A stretch of DNA of 64,000 nt, taken from Lingula anatina. Its lineage: Eukaryota > Animalia > Brachiopoda. The position numbers were made by a program, and so were the translations under genes. Below, in pieces: positions 9,126-23,406 of this stretch. The stretch lies in NCBI GenBank assembly GCA_051362555.1, contig CM120647.1:17212651-17276650 (forward strand), written 5' to 3'. Numbering within the stretch: the stretch's first letter is position 1; every line of letters begins with the position of its first letter. The notes under the pieces are model-generated. The model made no database searches. It was given only the letters and a program-made list of their open reading frames with translations, and was not told the origin of the DNA.

Positions 9126-10987
9126 TGCCTGGGGCTTCTGGACCGGACTATAAACTGCGGTATGGCGACAGTGTAAATGATCTTCTTTACTACGATGCCA
9201 CGCAGGACTCTGCAGCTGCTAAATCGGTAAGTCTGTAACAAGCCAGTTATGACTTATGTAGATACAAAAAAGGATTAATAACATATCTCTGTGACAATTG
9301 AAACCCCGTACTGTTATGAAATTTCAAAGACATTTCCGCCTGTATGTTTATTCGGGCCTATTATAAGATTCTATTACTATTATTCCAAACCGATACTTTA
9401 TTGCAAAATAATTGCTGAGATCGTGGTAAACCCCATTTGATGAAAGTGACTTGGCCCGAATTGATTTTTTTCTAAAAAACTGAAATAACTTGAAATAATC
9501 GCTGCAATCGAGGAAGTCTTCATTTTTTTTCTTTTTTAATGAAGAAAGTGACATGGTCCAAGTTGTATTTTATCCAAAGAAACTGAAATATCAAGTAAAT
9601 GTACAACACTATCGATTTTTTTTTTCATTCAAAACTACGGAGCTTTGTTAGTATCATATTAACTTTTTTTAATTTTCATTTAAGTTTTATTTTATGGAAT
9701 TTTCACCGCAGTGAAAAATAATTTACACCGCGGTGGGAATTAATTTTCACCGCGGTGAAAATAATTTTCACCGCGGTGAAAATTCCATAAAATAAAACTT
9801 AAATGAAAATTAATTTACACCGCGGTATTTTCCACCGCGGTGATAATTCCTGGCCATCTCGGCCCGGGTGATGCATACATGTAGGTTGTACGAATCCAAA
9901 ATTTACCAGATGTCTGGAAGGTAAGTTGATAAAGATACTCACATGTACATGCACGCGGTTAAACCAGTTTATGTGCCAATCATCCCAGGAATGTGGAGGA
10001 AGCGGGCAGTATTCGAATAGATTAAAAATCACCGAAATGCTGCAATGTTGTACGTCGCTTTTCCCTTTATAATAACTTGCGTATTATTGGGAATATTGGT
10101 AAAAAGAAACCTCTCCGAAGAAACCGAGATTACATATTTTAAGATAAGATCTATGGGCAAACACATCACACTAATATTTAAAAATACATTGTCCAAAAAT
10201 AACGTTAGGTATTTAGTAATAACAATGGGATTCCCTTTGCATAAAACTGCAAGCGGGACTTTAATTATATAGGTGGTAAATATAGATGGGAAACCTAAGT
10301 TAACGGCAGTGGCCCCACGAACAGATCCACCAACCTTGTGTGTATGTAACAATAGCATGCACCGTGACGGCATCTGGCAAGTGTAAGGTTCTCATTACCT
10401 ATTCATCACCCGGGCCGAGATGGCCAGGAATTACCACCGCGGTGAAAATAATTTTCACCGCGGTGAAAATTCCATAAAATAAAACTTAAATGAAAATAGA
10501 AAAAAGTTAATATGATACTAACAAAGCTCCCTACAAAACGCTGTTTGGTATGGCAATACCAGGGCTTAATACTAGACTATATGTGTGTAGGTTAACAAAA
10601 TATGAGAACGATTTGGAGATACCCCACGTTGTTAACGCCTGAAGCCAGTAAACACGCAAGGGTTAACCATTATGTACAAGTGGTTATTGTCCAAATGTAA
10701 TATTTCCCTTCTGTACAAAACTGAGTTATGTTCAGTTTATGTGCTAATTAGTGTGTATAAATTATGTTACAATATATTTCAGTTTCCGGGAACGACGGAG
10801 ACTTATGTTCCGAAGACTTCTCTCCTGAAGTCTCCCAAGGTCGCCAAGGTCGTTCAAATTGAACTGGACAGACCTGCTCCTTTCCGATTAGAAATTCAAG
10901 GAGTAGCCGCCGCTTCGTTTTCACGTAAGTTGCTTCCACATTGTGGATCTTGTTTCTCCTTGCAATTAGTTGCTGTTGATTTTGAGA

Positions 10988-11063
<76 letters not shown>

Positions 11064-11889
11064 ACTTTTATTTTCAAAATTCACCTGATAATATTTGTAT
11101 CTCGGTGCACAATGCTTTGAACCTTTCTTGGCAAATAAAATATCACATAAGAGATGCACCTATGTTCTTTATATTTACCAGAAAGGAGAGGTTATATCGG
11201 CTGTTACGTGGAGTCCGGTGACCCTGCGGCTCTAGACTTGCCATATTACGCTGGGAGCACCAGTAACGTTACAGAATGTATGGGATTGTGTGACCTGGCC
11301 CAGTATAGATATGCTGGGATATCAGAAGGTGTGTAATATACTGTGATGCGGTTGTGTCCATGCACCCTTGTGTCATAGATGCCATGTTGATGCATATTGA
11401 TTTATTCCTTTTTATGCGTTTATAAACCGGTGTGATGATATGCTTATGCCTTCTGGTATTCTGTGCTGCAGGCGCCGGTTAGGTAACTAACTGAATAGAA
11501 TAGCACAAAATTGATTGTTGGAAACTGTGAACATTTCCTCCTCTTTTTTATATTTTAAATACCGCGTTACGAGCTTAGCGTGTTTCTTTGAATGTTCTCA
11601 ATTGTATATACGCTGATCCCCTTGCCCGTGGCTGTGATGTAACAGTGCATTTTCAGTAACCGATGGGTTATGTGAAACGTATATAAATATTAACGTATAA
11701 ATGAAACTCAAAGTTTTGACATACCATGAGATTTCCACGTGGTTTTGATAGGAGTAAACTGTTCCTGTGGTGACATCATCGGGAAATACGGCCAGGCTCG
11801 GTCACATGAGTGTTCCATCACGTGTGCAGACACCCCAGAATACTCCTGTGGGGGGCGTGGTAGAAATACAGTGTTCCAACTGTGGGGTA

Positions 11890-11932
<43 letters not shown>

Positions 11933-12027
11933 GATGGGAAATCTTCCTTCGACAATTTTTTATTTATTATAAACCTGAATAATTTATGTATTTTTTTTTT
12001 ATTTTGCTTATTTATTTATTTATTTAT

Positions 12028-12060
<33 letters not shown>

Positions 12061-15000
12061 AATTGCAGTCGTGTGTATATATAAATATACCATATGTGAC
12101 TGACTAGTAATTTTTCAGTTTATTGTGGAAAGCTTCTTTTCGATTAATTCATCTTATTGATCTTGTAGGTTAAAGTCTTAATTTATGTATTTTGTCACTT
12201 ATATTAAAGAATGCTTTGGAAAACCAACTACATAAAAACTCGTTACATACAATGGTTACAACCATAGATAGGATAAGCATATTGTGTTGGAATGTGTCAC
12301 TGCTGTCACAACTACCACAACAATTACACTTCCTTTCAGACTCTAAATGTCCCCCCACTCCCACAGTGCAGCACGCTACAGCAAACAGTACGGAGCTCGG
12401 TCACATGACAGTGGTGGGATTCACGTGTCACCCTGGCTACGAGATCCCCCAAGGTCTAAACAGTTCGGCCATGGTCATCTTGTGCAGACAGACGTGGTGG
12501 GAAGGGAATTTGCCCTCTGCGTGTACACGTACGTAGTAAAATCTAAGCTTATGTTGATCAGGTTATCATTGTAAAACTCATTTTGTTTGAAAGGCAAAAT
12601 AATGAACTCTCTCTCTTTTGCCTTTGAACATCACAACTGAGTAAATCAGAATTCACATTTTTATTATTTTATTTCATGTCAACGTGGTCATAGTATAGCC
12701 TTTTTTTTTTCTTTTCTGTATTGTATGTTTCTGCGTTTTTACCCCCGCACACCCAAATATGCACACGCACGACGCTCACACGTACATCATTCATTTTACG
12801 CATGCACGTGCACGTGAAATTTTGGACGCGCATCTTTCTCAGAATCGTCATAAAAATTAACCCATTAATTTGACCCACCTTGACTTCACAGCCATTCACT
12901 GCAACAGCACTGTGCCTCAGCTGCCTCATTCCACCGTAAACTGGACCACCACCACCTATCTCAGCGAGGCGACGTACACGTGTGACACCGGCTACGAATA
13001 TCTAGGTGGCAGCACTGTTCGCACAGTCACGTGCCAGACCAATGGAGAGTGGGGCCCTCTGGTGAACTGTGACCGTAAGTCACGTGGATGGTAGAAGAAC
13101 GAAACCCTTTGTGTTTTATATGGCGTATTTGGAAAGAATTGATGTGAATACAATATCGAAATTATACAGTGTATTCAAACTTACAAAACCTTTCAATGAA
13201 TGTGAAATTAATTTTAATTATTCAACTTAAAGATTAAAAAGGGAGTATAAGATTATATCATAGCATCACTAATAGATAGCCTAAGCCTATGAAAATGTGT
13301 GTGTAATCTTTGAAAGCAGTTGGCACTTATATATATATATATATATATATATATACTACAGGTACATTTTCTTATATATACACTACATGTACTAATACAT
13401 ATACTGTATGTCGATCGTGTCCATGCTTCTAGCCGCTGAGTGCCCAAGCTCCACTTCGTTTACCAACAGCTACAAGGTGGAAAGCGGCACCACGTACAAC
13501 AGCACTGTGCTATATACGTGTAAACAGGGTTATATCCTCCCTGGAAGAATCATGCAGCAGTCGGCCACGTGTCGGTCTGACAGGACGTGGTCTGGCTCAC
13601 AGCGGGATTGCACAGGTAAATTAAATGTAATTAAATGTATTGAGAGCTCATACAACAGAGATAGATTTAAAGACGCCATGCCCATACGTAGGTCGATCAA
13701 ACTCCGAGGGGTTTCTCGCTTAATTAGTTTCAGCAGCTTAAGCAGCTCTGATGTCTGGCACGCCTACTGAAGATGTTAGGGGGTAATTAACTATCGTTAA
13801 GCAGCTTCAGTAGGTGTGCCAGACATCTAAGCAATTTAAGCTGAAAGAAATTAGGGGAGATACCCCTCGGAGATGGATCGAGCTTATAAGATCATTCTAA
13901 GTATGGCAAGAGGTGAAGGTGGTTCATCGATGATTTGGTACCCTGGCACCAACGCGGTTTGCAAATTGTGTGAATTTGGATTGATAATTCTTTGTTTATA
14001 TGCGTATCATTCCTGAGTGTGCATACTGTACGCGAGTGTGGTTAGGAAAACGTCTTTTCATATGGACTTCTTGTGTTTTCAATCCAGCTGACAACACTTA
14101 CGTTGGCTGTTTCAATAATTTCGGAACCAATTCTCTGGACGCCCTGATAACACCAGTAACTAACACGCCTGCAGTGGCAACCAATTACGTCGATAGATGT
14201 CGCCTGCACTGTCTGGACAACAGTTTTAAATACGCTGGTAAGTTTTAAAACCGTTACCTTATCAAATGATAATGTACACTTTATAAAAGCAGTTGATAGA
14301 TGTTATCATTTCATAGACAAAAAATTAGCGTAGATAGATAGATACCATAGGAATGATAATAAAAAAACTTTTCATAATTACACGACGAAGGTCGAATAAT
14401 GATAATTATGTTTTTTTGGGGGGGTGATGAGGGTCCTAAGCATTTAGGATACAACACGTGCACGTTTGACTGTGTCCTACAAACATAATTATAATTTTGA
14501 AAAATGCCATTAAAAGCAACTCGATACTCTGTAATTAATCAAAATCCCCTCACTTCTAAGAAGATCGAATGCAATTTTCTCCCAAAAATTCATGTATAAA
14601 CTGCTTAATCTCTGTAAAAAAATAATGCAGGTCATGTATAAACTGCATGCTTATAACATTTGTAAAATGTTAATACAGGTCTAGTTGGTGGCGACTCGTG
14701 TAGATGCGACAATGTGTATAACCCGTACCAGGGCCAGAATACAGACAGTCTGTGTGACACACATTGTTCTGGAGGGGACTCGGGGTTCTGGTGTGGAGGG
14801 GCAGGCACTGGGAAAATTATCATCCACAAAACTGGTAACGTATTGTTCCGTGTGTTTATATATAATTAGTGCCTGTATGTTCCAGAGTAAATGATAGTAT
14901 TTTTTATACCATAGCAGTTCATACCTCGCGTTGTATCAATTTTAAACAGTCGCCATTGTTTCAATGTGATATCGTGCATGACAGAATGTATGCAATACTT

Positions 15001-15746
15001 GATACTTTTCAAACGATCGACTTTCCATCATTTATTCACCCAATCCATTATTTTCTAGTATACACCGATACACTTTTCTTTCATTTGTTTCCTTGCTTCA
15101 GCCGACCAGTGTTCTCCTATAACTACCGGTCACTCCACAATAAATACTACGGCACACCAGGTTGGGGCCGTGGTCTTGATCACGTGTGCTACGGGCTACT
15201 GGTTCCCGGATAATTACGGACATTATCGTGTAGTCACGTGCCGCCAAAATGAGGTTTGGAGTAATACAGTGCACGTCTGCGAAGGTACGTAGAAAAGTGA
15301 TAAAAATGTAAGGTAAACTTTTTTATATTTCTTTATTAATTCTGTTTTCATATTTGATTACAAATGGTACGGATGGCTATAGCATTTTATTTATTTATTT
15401 ATTTATTACATTTGCTCTCAGTGCAATATAAATGGTTGTTACTTGGAACAAGGTAATGTACTTGGTTTCCTCCAGTAACTTTGACGAGAGGTAAGTCTAG
15501 AAGTAAATCTAAGGAGAAATCCTTTGTAATAATTCACATCCAAACGCTAACTTTTGTTAAAGTAACTGCCCCATATGCATCAAGGTGAGTTCTTATTCCT
15601 TATTCTCAGTCTATTGTTTTCAAGGTCTTGCGTGCCAGACTGTCCCTCCGTGTACACGGAGTAATTGTGGCGAGGTCATATATGACTCGGATGACTACTG
15701 TGGTGTCTCTACATGTTTTTTTTTATATACTATGATGCGGATGTAA
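9126..15746 (+). CDS. Gene A (3' part): F5/8C C-half, WSC, 3x CCP, WSC, CCP; extracellular mosaic protein; 5' exons outside the window
   Basis: GT-AG exons in a continuous frame: 9126-9226, 10783-10924, 11182-11328, 11752-11886, 12340-12528, 12892-13074, 13433-13615, 14088-14237, 14679-14834, 15102-15284, tentative last exon 15625-15746. WSC motifs YIGCY...CSC...CGG; sushi motifs C..P...Y.C..GY...C...W...C. Confidence 0.85.
9638..10531. mobile_element. Non-autonomous TIR element with TA flanks and long inverted arms carrying CACCGCGGTG palindromes
   Basis: TA|CGGAGCTTTGTTAGTATCATATTAAC ... GTTAATATGATACTAACAAAGCTCCC|TA. The arms also share TTCCTGGCCATCTCGGCCCGGGTGATG in inverted orientation. 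Confidence 0.85.
10993..11066. repeat. Compound (CT)n(CA)n microsatellite
   Basis: Direct reading. Similar compound or simple microsatellites at ~16053-16260, 23289-23403, 30440-30507, 35742-35804, 43292-43370 and 61150-61324. Confidence 0.95.
13681..13890. mobile_element. Palindromic MITE-like element (family also at ~22104 and ~46301)
   Basis: Inverted arms: GATC.AACTCCGAGGGG / CCCCTCGGAGATGGATC and ATGTCTGGCAC.CCTACTGAAG / CTTCAGTAGGTGTGCCAGACAT. Confidence 0.7.
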
Positions 15747-16074
15747 TGTTAAAGTCGAATGAAGTTTGTAACTGGTACACGAATGCTACACCGTTTGAAA
15801 ATATGGTGAATGCAACTGAACGTGTATGACTTGATGAGGAAATATTAGTTCAGTGTGTGTGATCGGCTCGAGAGTGCACTGACACGGTTCTGCTAGATGT
15901 GATCCAAATGGAATGTGTTTGCTGTGACGGCAATGGTGTGGCGGTAGGGCCCAGTGGGTCAAGGTGCTCTCCTGCGTGGGTCAGAAGGAACTTCAGCAAT
16001 TTGCGTGTACAATTTGGCAGATTTGTGTGTGTGTATCAAGTAAAAATACTTCTGTGTGTGTGTGTGTGTGTGTA

Positions 16075-16111
<37 letters not shown>

Positions 16112-19100
16112 AGTTGCGTAGAGACAAAGAGAGAGAGAGGAGAGAGAGAGGGGAGGTTTAGGAGAGAGAAAGGAAGAAAGAAAGAAAGAAAGAAAGAAAG
16201 AGATAGGTGGTTGGTGAGAGAGAGAAAGAGAGAGATTGGGGAAAGAGAGAGAGAGAGTAGGCAGAAAAGAATCAAAGAAGACATTGGTGAAATGTAGAGT
16301 GGGATGTTGGGGGGGGGGGGGGAGAACAGTCCAAGAGGGATTGAAAATGAAGATGGGGATAAAATTGGTTTGATGACATGAGGGTAATAAACGGTGAAGG
16401 GGATTCAAAGATAGCAGGCTTTGCTGGGAGAGTTGCTGCCAGAGAGCGGACACACATGGTCATATAATTTAAAAAGATGAATGCATATAATATACTAAAA
16501 ACAAATCAGACAGTGGATATCATAAAAGTTTTAGGACAGTAAGCCGATATGCAAGATTTTTTTGTTACGTGGATTCCTACATGACAGGGAAATACCATTA
16601 GCAAAGCGTTTTGAAATAAACCCTGACTGTTAGAATTACAAATATGGTAGCATTGTGTTCATGTCATTATATCAGTCAGAACACATATATGTACATTTTT
16701 CTAGATGGAATCACTGTTGAAGAGTTAGCTACACTTCGCATTAACACTTATTGTGCACATTTTTGTATCGATTTACTTTGTGTTATTCTATTATTGTGAG
16801 GAATATTTAACAATGGTTGCCGTATCGACAAAAACGCTTATGCCATTGATTCCGCATGCAATCTTACTGGTAGTAGTGCACGTCAACATCCCAGCAAGGA
16901 TAATAACGGGACGGATATTTACTAAAATTGGAATATTGTCCTTCAGCCGACTCAACTTGAAAGAGACTATTGTGTAATTGTATAAACAAAGGATGTATGC
17001 GTTATGAACAGTTTGAAAACTGTTATGAAGGTCAATGAAATGATATATATCGTTTCACAATTGACTTTATTCTGCAGCACTTTACTGAACACTTTGATAT
17101 GATTTCTTGTGAAAGAGTATTTATCCATAGACTGTAGTTTCAGGCCCTTACATTTCCTACATTTGTGTTAGAGCTAGGTTCTTTAAAACAACCAAATCAT
17201 TTTACTTCAATTATTATTATTAATATTTTATTATAATTATTGGACCATGTCAGGTTTTATAGCTACATTGTTCCACAGAACCGTGTTGTTGGAAGTAAAA
17301 TCGTAATGAGAATGATTACTTAATTAGTTTTTAATGAAAGTTTTCATCATGATGTTTCTATTATTGGATTATCCTTCTTTAAATCTGATTTAAAGGAGTT
17401 TAGTTGTACAAAAGTGTTTGAATAATATTTTTGCTTAATAAAGCTTTTTTGATACTGGTTTATTGAGAACTTCCTGGCGTTTTTGTGGCAATAATAATAA
17501 TAATAGTAATTAAAAGCTTAAAATAAAAATTATAATACAGTTTACTGTCCAAATTACTCTTGTTTTTTTCTGTTTTTTCAAGCATGTCGTATTTAAATAA
17601 CCTTACAAAGATTTTCTGTCAATGATATATCGACATATTTTCTTAGGACCTTTTTTTTTCATCACAGCACGTGCTTTCAGAATATCTATTCTCTCCTTTT
17701 GGGTCATCTTTTGACCGAATGCGATCTGTAAAACAAATATTTTTAGATCGTGCAGTAAACAAGAGAAGAAGGTGAGCGGCAAAGCAACACTGCAGAAAGC
17801 TCAACGAATCTCCAACTAACTATGAAACTCCACTGGGCTCTCAATCGATCCTTTATACATAAACTGTAGACTTGATCCATACACAAAACAATGACTTTAA
17901 TTGATTCCAATAATGAACTGACTGGAGCTTTCGATTTTATGGAAGTGTTTACCTTCTGTTGCTAGAGTGTTTGCTGGTTGTGATTTGTTACTCTGCGTAT
18001 AGAGCAAGTATAGACATTAAAATAGAAAAGGCCGAATTTCGCATGCCCAGTCCCAATCCAGAGATATTCTAAATCCACTAATCCTAATGTGGCATAATGC
18101 ATTAATTGCTAAAAGCAGCACGACTTCATATATTAAGTAATATACAGGTAAGATGACGGTTACCCGTACTATTAGGATAAATTTTAGTGTCAATAACAAA
18201 AAATCGTGTCCCAATAAAGGTTGTCATAATATTGTTAAGAACCATACACGTGTATAGGTCGTGTCACTTATAATAATAATAATAATAATAATAATATCGA
18301 TTGTCGGAATGGACTGTGTTCGTTACATACAAAAGACATTACTTTTATTATTGATCATGACTCATTCCTCTCTAAATGTGCCTAACTAACCGCCTGTCGT
18401 TTATTTTTCTTTTTACTAAAGTTTTTACGATAGATGCTAACTTTTTTTCGTTGTTATCATTTACGATTAATGGAAGCGAATGTATAAATATTACACTGAC
18501 AAAAAAAACACTCTTACCAGATTTCATATCATTCAATTTGATTTTCTGCTAAAAACAAGATGTGAGCGCAGGGATAAAATTGTGTATACCCCATTCCTAG
18601 AATTGAAACATAATAGCACATGCACAAAAAATAATTTTGTTGAAAAAAGTTTATCAAAATAAAGGCAAATAAAGGCAAATTTATATATCATAGAAAAAAA
18701 GAAAAAAATGTAATGGATATTTGGTTTTAATTTTACCAAGGTGTCAAAGGATTGCCACGGTGCAATGAAAGCCTTTTCAGACAAAGAGTATTTTTAAATA
18801 CTCTTAAAAGACCGAAAATTGGACAGACTCACACTTTATAGGGAAGACATTAGGGACACATTACACTACATACGGGCAATTCCGATTCTTGTGACCATTA
18901 TCCAAGCTTCTATCTGCAGAGGCGATTTATTCCCATTTTCAGTCCAAAGAATTTCTAGTGTAACGACATCAGGCTGTTTGCGTTAGAAAGAATACACAAA
19001 AAAACAACTTTGGGTTAATTAATTTGGCATTGATATGGGTTCAGGATAACGATTTCCCACTAAACGAAACAACATAAATGCTGACTGTGAAGGCCATAGT

Positions 19101-19318
19101 ACAATTATCGCTTTTTAAAATAAAGAAACGTCGATGCGGCTTTTTGGGCAAATGTTCGATCGAACCAGCATGAGTCCTTGGTGTCATTTTAGTCGATAAA
19201 AAACACGCAAATGTATCAACCAAGTCACTTTAACAGACGAAACTTACGTTTATGCACCGCTCTTGGACAGTACTGGTAGAATAGGTTCTCAATCAAGGGT
19301 AAGGTACATTTTATAATT

Positions 19319-19351
<33 letters not shown>

Positions 19352-19873
19352 ATGGTTTGGTTCTTTAATAAATGAAAATAAAAAAATCATTTCTTTTACC
19401 GTTTAGCAGCAATTATTCTTCGTTTGGTCGTTTGTTTACTGATTTCTTATACACGGCCTTTTTTATTTATCAAATGCAGGCAAAGTGATTCGGAAATAAA
19501 TAATTCGCTGACATATGTAGTGCTTTAGTAAACGTGAAAATGCAAAGAAACCATACTTGTCTATACTCAACTGCAGTGAAATGCTAAAAAATCTTCTTAA
19601 ATGTCTGAATTCTTATTTCTCACTTCCAATCAGCGATGTGTGATACTGTATGAAACAGAAAATTGTTTAGGTTGCCAGACCAAGATTCTTTTAATGGTAT
19701 CATTCACTTTAGTTAGTATTCAATTTTTTAATCATCGCTTCTACTTATTTATTTGTCTATTTATTTATTTTAATTCTGAACTGTCTTTGGACAGTTTACC
19801 AACAGGTCACTGCACCACGTAAGGATACCGATTCCGTCCAAGGGTGCCGTCAGTCGTTCAGTCAACACATACG

Positions 19874-22800
19874 ATGGTTACCCGTATATTTGTGACGCTC
19901 CTAGTATCAGGTATGTTAAATGATAGAGATTTATTTGAAACCAAATTAATGGAATTTTTTTACCGGTATTGGGTGTCATTGTAAGCAGACCTTGCTTGCT
20001 TTACCGTGGATACATACCGGTAGACTACAGTATGTGTAAAATACAATGTAGTCTCTGTAATATTGTATTAAATTACATGCATCTGCTTGTTTGCGGCACA
20101 CTCACACACGCACAAAATAAGTCACTACAAGTTAAATTACTATTTGTCCTACACGTTCAAATTAAAAAGCTAAATGAAAACGTAATGCCTTTCCCCGGCA
20201 CGTTTCAGTCAACCTGTTAGCTCCGGTCAACTGTGGGTACAGCCCAGCTGTGCCTGCCACGTGCAGCGCGCCCGACCCCCTCGCTACCACCGGTCAAGCG
20301 GAAATGTTCTGTGTACCAGGTATCGCGGATACTGTGTGGTACATTGACTATAACGACCAGAAGACATATTCAGAGGCCGAGGAGGAGTGTAACCGCGCCA
20401 CCGGCGACTCCTGGAAGATGGCGTGGATAGCATCATCCGCTGAGCGCCAGGCGCTGTATGACCGTATAAAGGTCGTTTCGGCGTTAAAGTGAGTAGCTTC
20501 ATTGCCAACCAATACTTTTAAGGGTGATTATTTAATAGTTTGGTTCAATGATTTAGATGACAAATAACGCCTCGCCGGTAGTGGTACTCAGATAGATAAA
20601 ACTATCCTAACGTGGGCAGAAGTTACAAAAATAAATCACAATTTAAAAGCACTTAAAATATAATGGAATATGAAAATCAGTAGCTAATGTGTACGCATAA
20701 ATAGAATCCAGTGTCTTTTTACGAGGCACATGTATGAAACATTTACGCGTGAAGTAATTTTGTTGTAAAAAAAAAGGTACAAAGATGTTTTTGTGTTTAA
20801 CCATTTTATTCCCTCTGAACGGCGGCTAGTTTTAAATATGTCTTCAAAAGATACCCTGTATATAGTATCAAGCAGCCAAAAGTGACCCTCAAAGTTTAAA
20901 ACCAGAATTGCAAAAAAGAAAAACGTTACAAACTGACAGCTTTCAATATCTGTATTTCAGAAAAGAGTACGTCGTCTCCTTGAAGGACGTCAATCCATCG
21001 GGTGGCGGTGGAAACCGAGACTGGCAGTGGCTGACCCCTCATCAGAACGCTGCAGTGTATATGCCCTGGCTTAACGCGTGCTCTAACGGAGGATGCGGGG
21101 ACTGTGTAACGTTGGACTGTACCTCAGATACCGATGCCTGTAAGTTTAAGATGGTGAACTGTGGCCAACAGAGTTATGCGGTGCTTTGTCGCCATGGCGG
21201 AGCAAGTAAGTGTCTTTCCATCAACCGTACCTTCGATTTCTGAAAAAATATTATGTTAACTAGCTGAATCATAGTTCTAAACCGTACCAAATGGCACAGT
21301 TCGTTACTAAAATAACAAAAATTTCGGGGCTCTTCAGCGGTCTCCGAACTCCTCACAAAGGGGGGGGGGGAGGAGGGTAGGCTTTGCATCCGCGGACCCT
21401 TCTCCCCTTCAAAAATTCCTGTATTTGCCCCTGGTTACTTTTATACATGCGTCCGTCTTTTTATTGTATTTACTTCATAACTTAAATAAATAATGTACAT
21501 TTCTCAATGCAATCAGCTGTTAACAATGAACCGACCACACAGGCCCCGACAACTGCAGCCCCTACGACCACCACTACAGTCGTAACAACCACCCAGGCAC
21601 CTACGACCACCACCACAGTCGTAACAACCACCCAGGCACCCACAACTGCTGCGGAAACAACCACCCAGGCACCCACGACCACCACCACTGTCGTAACAAC
21701 TACCCAGGCACCCACAACCGCTGCGGTAACAACCACCCAGGCACCTACGACCACCAGTGCTGCTACTACCACGGAAGCTGAAACAACAACGATGGGTGCA
21801 GGTCTGTACGCACTGTTTATTACCAAGATCGGTTTTTCTGTTCAACTTATACAATCCAATTATCAAATGGAATCAGTTATGGCCCGAATGTATTTGTAAT
21901 GCCATTTAGTGATTCCTCTAATTCGATTCTGTGGTACCGGTGTACGGTAACAGGAATGGAATTCCTATGAATGGAAGTCCGGGCTCCCATATGATTTGCA
22001 CAGGTTAGGGTTAGTTGGAATATTGGGTTAGTATATGGGACGAATGTCACCTGTTCAAAGTAATGGGAAGAGGACTACTGTACGGTTCCTAACGGACTTA
22101 CACCCCATTTCCATAGATTAGATCGACCTACTTTAGATCGACCTAACTCCCTGGGGGTTCACGCTAAATAGCTGTCAGCCGGGCGGACTCGAAAGTTAAT
22201 TACCCCTTACAGCTTGTAGTAGGCAGGTCGGACATTTAAGTCGGATTATCTGAAAGTAATCTAGTGAGACTCCCCGCGGGGATAGATCGATCTAAAATCT
22301 ATGGGAATAGAGCCTTACATTTCTGTTACACCGGGTTTTGTTCTAAAGTTTCCACTACCGCTGCATTAACTATGGGCGCCATAGCTTGCGTTATGAAAAC
22401 GCTCATTACCGATACAAGGAACCTTTTGCAAGTGTTTCATGGATATTATTTGTTAAAACGATTTGAAAAAAGTTTTAAAAATGGAGTTTATAATTTAACG
22501 TTTGTTTGAAATTTTACGCTTTGTCCTTTGAAATCATGTGGGATAATTATAAATGCCCGGAGCCAATGAATTTTCGTCAAAATTGTTTTGAGCTAAAATA
22601 TAAATGTATTCCGTAAGAATCGACATTATTAAACCTTCTATTGTCTAGTCTAAATGTGAGACAACCCTATTAATTACAGGCTGTTTTTTCGTCGCCTTAG
22701 TCGCTGAACTAAAGGCACGTGTATGCGCATGTGTAATTTACCTTAAAATAGATAATCAATTGGAAAAGAAGAAGAAAAAAAAAGGAAGAAAAGAAAAACG

Positions 22801-23287
22801 TGAAATTAATAATTTGCGGACAATAGAAATTCCATAACACACCAGTTGGTCCCTTAAGAAATATCGATCGATTACCAATAGGTATTTACACTCTCGTTTT
22901 TGTTTTGTGCGAATAACATCAGTGCTCAAGGTACGTGTCGCGTATGTCGAAACACCGCCCAGATTTTTAACGGCTCTAAAATCTAAGTTTTTTGGGTTAT
23001 TAAATGTGTTCATTTTCATGCAATGATTTGCTGCATTACCCCGTGAAAACTGGGTATAGACAGAAGCCAGACATTCGGCGAATGGTTCAAGTTTCTATCT
23101 CAGTTACCTCTTGTATTTGCAGTGTATTGATATTTCGTTCTTTTTTTTTCATTGTCATTAAACGATTAGTGATTGGCGCATGCTCTGGTTACTTAAGCTG
23201 CGGTAATTAATCAGTCTGTTTTTCTTTTTTTTTTAGCACAAACTGTAACCTCATTCCCTTTTTGGTAAAAAAATGAGATTCACTCCC

Positions 23288-23334
<47 letters not shown>

Positions 23335-23340
23335 GTGTGC

Positions 23341-23406
<66 letters not shown>

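Noticed and set aside
9700-9845. Regularly spaced palindromic repeats resembling a CRISPR array
   Set aside because: Spacers are only a few bases and not unique, there are no cas genes, the context is a eukaryotic intron, and the repeats are part of a TIR arm.
10748-11221. ORFs with ERERER, VCVCVC, SLSLSL or YIYIYI runs (also ~15959, 23207, 30362, 61014)
   Set aside because: Translations of dinucleotide microsatellites.
17920-18010. Signal-peptide-like stretch (YLLLLECLLVVICYSA)
   Set aside because: No in-frame ATG (stops lie just upstream). A better start with Kozak context and correct phase exists at 19874.
21482-21866. Val-rich and Gly/Cys-rich minus-strand ORFs
   Set aside because: Antisense readings of the Thr-rich mucin exon.
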